From Kribbella sp. (GTDB lineage Bacteria > Actinomycetota > Actinomycetes > Propionibacteriales > Kribbellaceae): DNA of 24,000 nucleotides. The position numbers and the translations under genes were made by a program. The first letter of the stretch is position 1; every line of letters begins with the position of its first letter. The notes under the pieces were generated by a model. It saw only the letters and a list, made by a program, of their open reading frames with translations. It had not been told where the DNA came from and made no database searches. Positions 22,768 to 24,000 of the stretch are shown one piece after another. The DNA lies in contig NZ_DASRVN010000498.1 of NCBI RefSeq assembly GCF_035655035.1, forward strand, positions 1 through 24,000. The letters run 5' to 3'.

Positions 22768-23883
22768 ATGAGCGATCTCGGTACGGCGGACCCGCTGCTG
22801 CGGCTGCTCCGTGACGGGCAGCCGCGGACGCGCGCCGAGTTGATCGAGCTCAGCGGGCTGGGGCGGTCGACCGTCACCGGGCGGATCGAGGCGCTGCTCG
22901 CGACCGGGCTCGTCGTACCGTCGGGTGAGGCCGCGTCGACCGGTGGACGGCCGCCGGCGCGGTTCCGGTTCAACCCGGCCGCGCGGCTCGTGCTGGCCGC
23001 GGACGTCGGCGCGACGCATCTGTCCGTCGCGCTCACGGATCTGACCGGGTCGATCCTGGACCGGTCGACGACACCACTCGCGATCGCCGAAGGACCCGAG
23101 GTCGTCCTCGACGCGGTCGCCGCTGCCGGGCAGGCGTTGCTGCGGACGGCGGGTCGTTCGGTCACGGAGCTGGCCGGGACGGGGGTCGGGCTGCCCGGGC
23201 CGGTCGAGCACAGCACCGGGCGGCCGAACCATCCGCCGATCATGCCGGGCTGGGACTCGTACGACGTGGCCGGCCGCTTGGGCGCGCAGCTGCCCGGGCC
23301 GGTGCTCGTGGACAACGACGTGAACATCATGGCGCTCGGCGAGCACGCGACGGCGTACCCGGACGTCGAGCACCTGCTGTTCGTGAAAGTTGCCACCGGC
23401 ATCGGTGCGGGCGTGATCAGCGGCGGCCGGCTGCATCGCGGGGCGCGCGGGGCGGCCGGCGACATCGGGCACATCCAGGCGCCCGGGCACACCGAGATCT
23501 GCCGATGCGGCAACACCGGATGCCTGGAGGCGATCGCGTCGGCGGCCGCGCTGGCGACCAAGCTCGGCGTCGGGACCAGCCAGGACATCGTCGACCTGGT
23601 CCGGGCCGGCAACACCGAGGCGACCACCGCCGTACGCCAGGCCGGCCGCGAGATCGGTACCGTGCTCGCCGCCGCCGTCAGCCTGCTCAACCCGTCGGTC
23701 ATCGTGGTCGGCGGCTCCCTCGCCCAGGCCGGCGACAGCCTGCTGGCCGGCCTCCGGGAAACCATCTACGCCCGATCGTTGCCCCTGGCCACCACCGACC
23801 TGCGCGTGGTCCCGTCCCGCACCGGCCGCGACGCCGCCCTCCTCGGCGCCGCCACCCTCGTCCTCAACCACACCCTCAGCTGA
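22768..23883 (+). CDS. ROK family transcriptional regulator (canonical zinc motif present)
   Basis: The HTH is LLRLLRDGQPRTRAELIELSGLGRSTVTGRIEALLATGLV. The ROK core is AADVGATH, VDNDVNIMALGE and KVATGIGAG, with the zinc signature GDIGHIQAPGHTEICRCGNTGCLE. Confidence 0.9.
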   Translation: MSDLGTADPLLRLLRDGQPRTRAELIELSGLGRSTVTGRIEALLATGLVVPSGEAASTGGRPPARFRFNPAARLVLAADVGATHLSVALTDLTGSILDRSTTPLAIAEGPEVVLDAVAAAGQALLRTAGRSVTELAGTGVGLPGPVEHSTGRPNHPPIMPGWDSYDVAGRLGAQLPGPVLVDNDVNIMALGEHATAYPDVEHLLFVKVATGIGAGVISGGRLHRGARGAAGDIGHIQAPGHTEICRCGNTGCLEAIASAAALATKLGVGTSQDIVDLVRAGNTEATTAVRQAGREIGTVLAAAVSLLNPSVIVVGGSLAQAGDSLLAGLRETIYARSLPLATTDLRVVPSRTGRDAALLGAATLVLNHTLS

Positions 23884-24000
23884 CCCCACCCGACCCGCGC
23901 CTTCTCCTCTCGTGGGTTCACCCACCAGAGGCGGGCGTGGGGCAGGGGGTCCGGGCGGGTTAGGTGGTCCAGTGGATGGCGACCTGGTCGATCAGGCGTA

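Noticed and set aside
22692-23765. N-terminal 358 codons of track ORF 21585-23765 (726 aa)
   Set aside because: Only the C-terminal 368 codons look like a Gfo/Idh/MocA protein, with the Rossmann motif right after the GTG at 22691. The upstream part crosses the intergenic region and is antisense to the ROK regulator.
23960-24000. Possible 3' end of a minus-strand gene (...RLIDQVAIHWTT-stop, TAA complement at 23960-23962)
   Set aside because: Only 12 codons are visible. That is too short to distinguish from chance or to assign any family.
1-24000. Whole-window scan for defence systems, toxin-antitoxin pairs, CRISPR arrays, integrases/transposases, phage genes, tRNA/rRNA and riboswitch-like leaders
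   Set aside because: I found no nuclease, helicase, methylase or recombinase-like motifs in any supported ORF. There are no spaced direct-repeat arrays other than the 3 x 37-bp repeat, no cloverleaf-sized low-GC islands, and no leader region longer than about 140 nt. The window reads as regulator-rich accessory metabolism and transport, not a mobile or defence island.

Overview
This is a high-GC, densely coding segment that looks like an actinobacterial chromosome (taxonomy is a guess from composition and protein similarity). I support 20 complete protein genes plus one partial gene at the left edge. I found no rRNA, tRNA, CRISPR array, transposase, integrase or recognisable defence gene.

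Layout:
1. 1-339: 3' end of an ECF-type sigma factor gene.
2. 472-9227, minus strand: an eight-gene, translationally coupled operon. In transcription order it encodes a ROK kinase, an M20 amidohydrolase, two paralogous substrate-binding lipoproteins, a permease, racemase-fold PLP protein B, a single-domain ABC ATPase and racemase-fold PLP protein A. A ROK regulator is divergently transcribed across a 27-bp palindrome.
3. 10626-11756: ddl.
4. 11815-14982: a cytochrome P450 divergent from a TetR gene and a Cys/Met-family PLP enzyme. The intergenic region holds a 3 x 37-bp tandem repeat and a perfect 15-bp palindrome.
5. 14963-18109: a DeoR regulator flanked by two paralogous MFS transporters.
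6. 18156-18698: a GNAT acetyltransferase.
7. 18641-20568: a GntR/FadR regulator divergent from a CynX-like MFS transporter.
8. 20569-23883: a TIM-barrel sugar-phosphate isomerase/epimerase and a Gfo/Idh/MocA oxidoreductase, divergent from a second ROK regulator.

The many very long ORFs in other frames and on the opposite strand (up to 794 aa) are GC-driven shadow ORFs, and I rejected them.

The best candidate for an undescribed system is the 472-9256 operon. It mixes sugar-type import and phosphorylation genes with amino-acid-type chemistry, and I cannot match that combination to a characterised pathway. Its substrate cannot be deduced from sequence alone. All family assignments come from reading motifs by eye and need HMM or BLAST confirmation.
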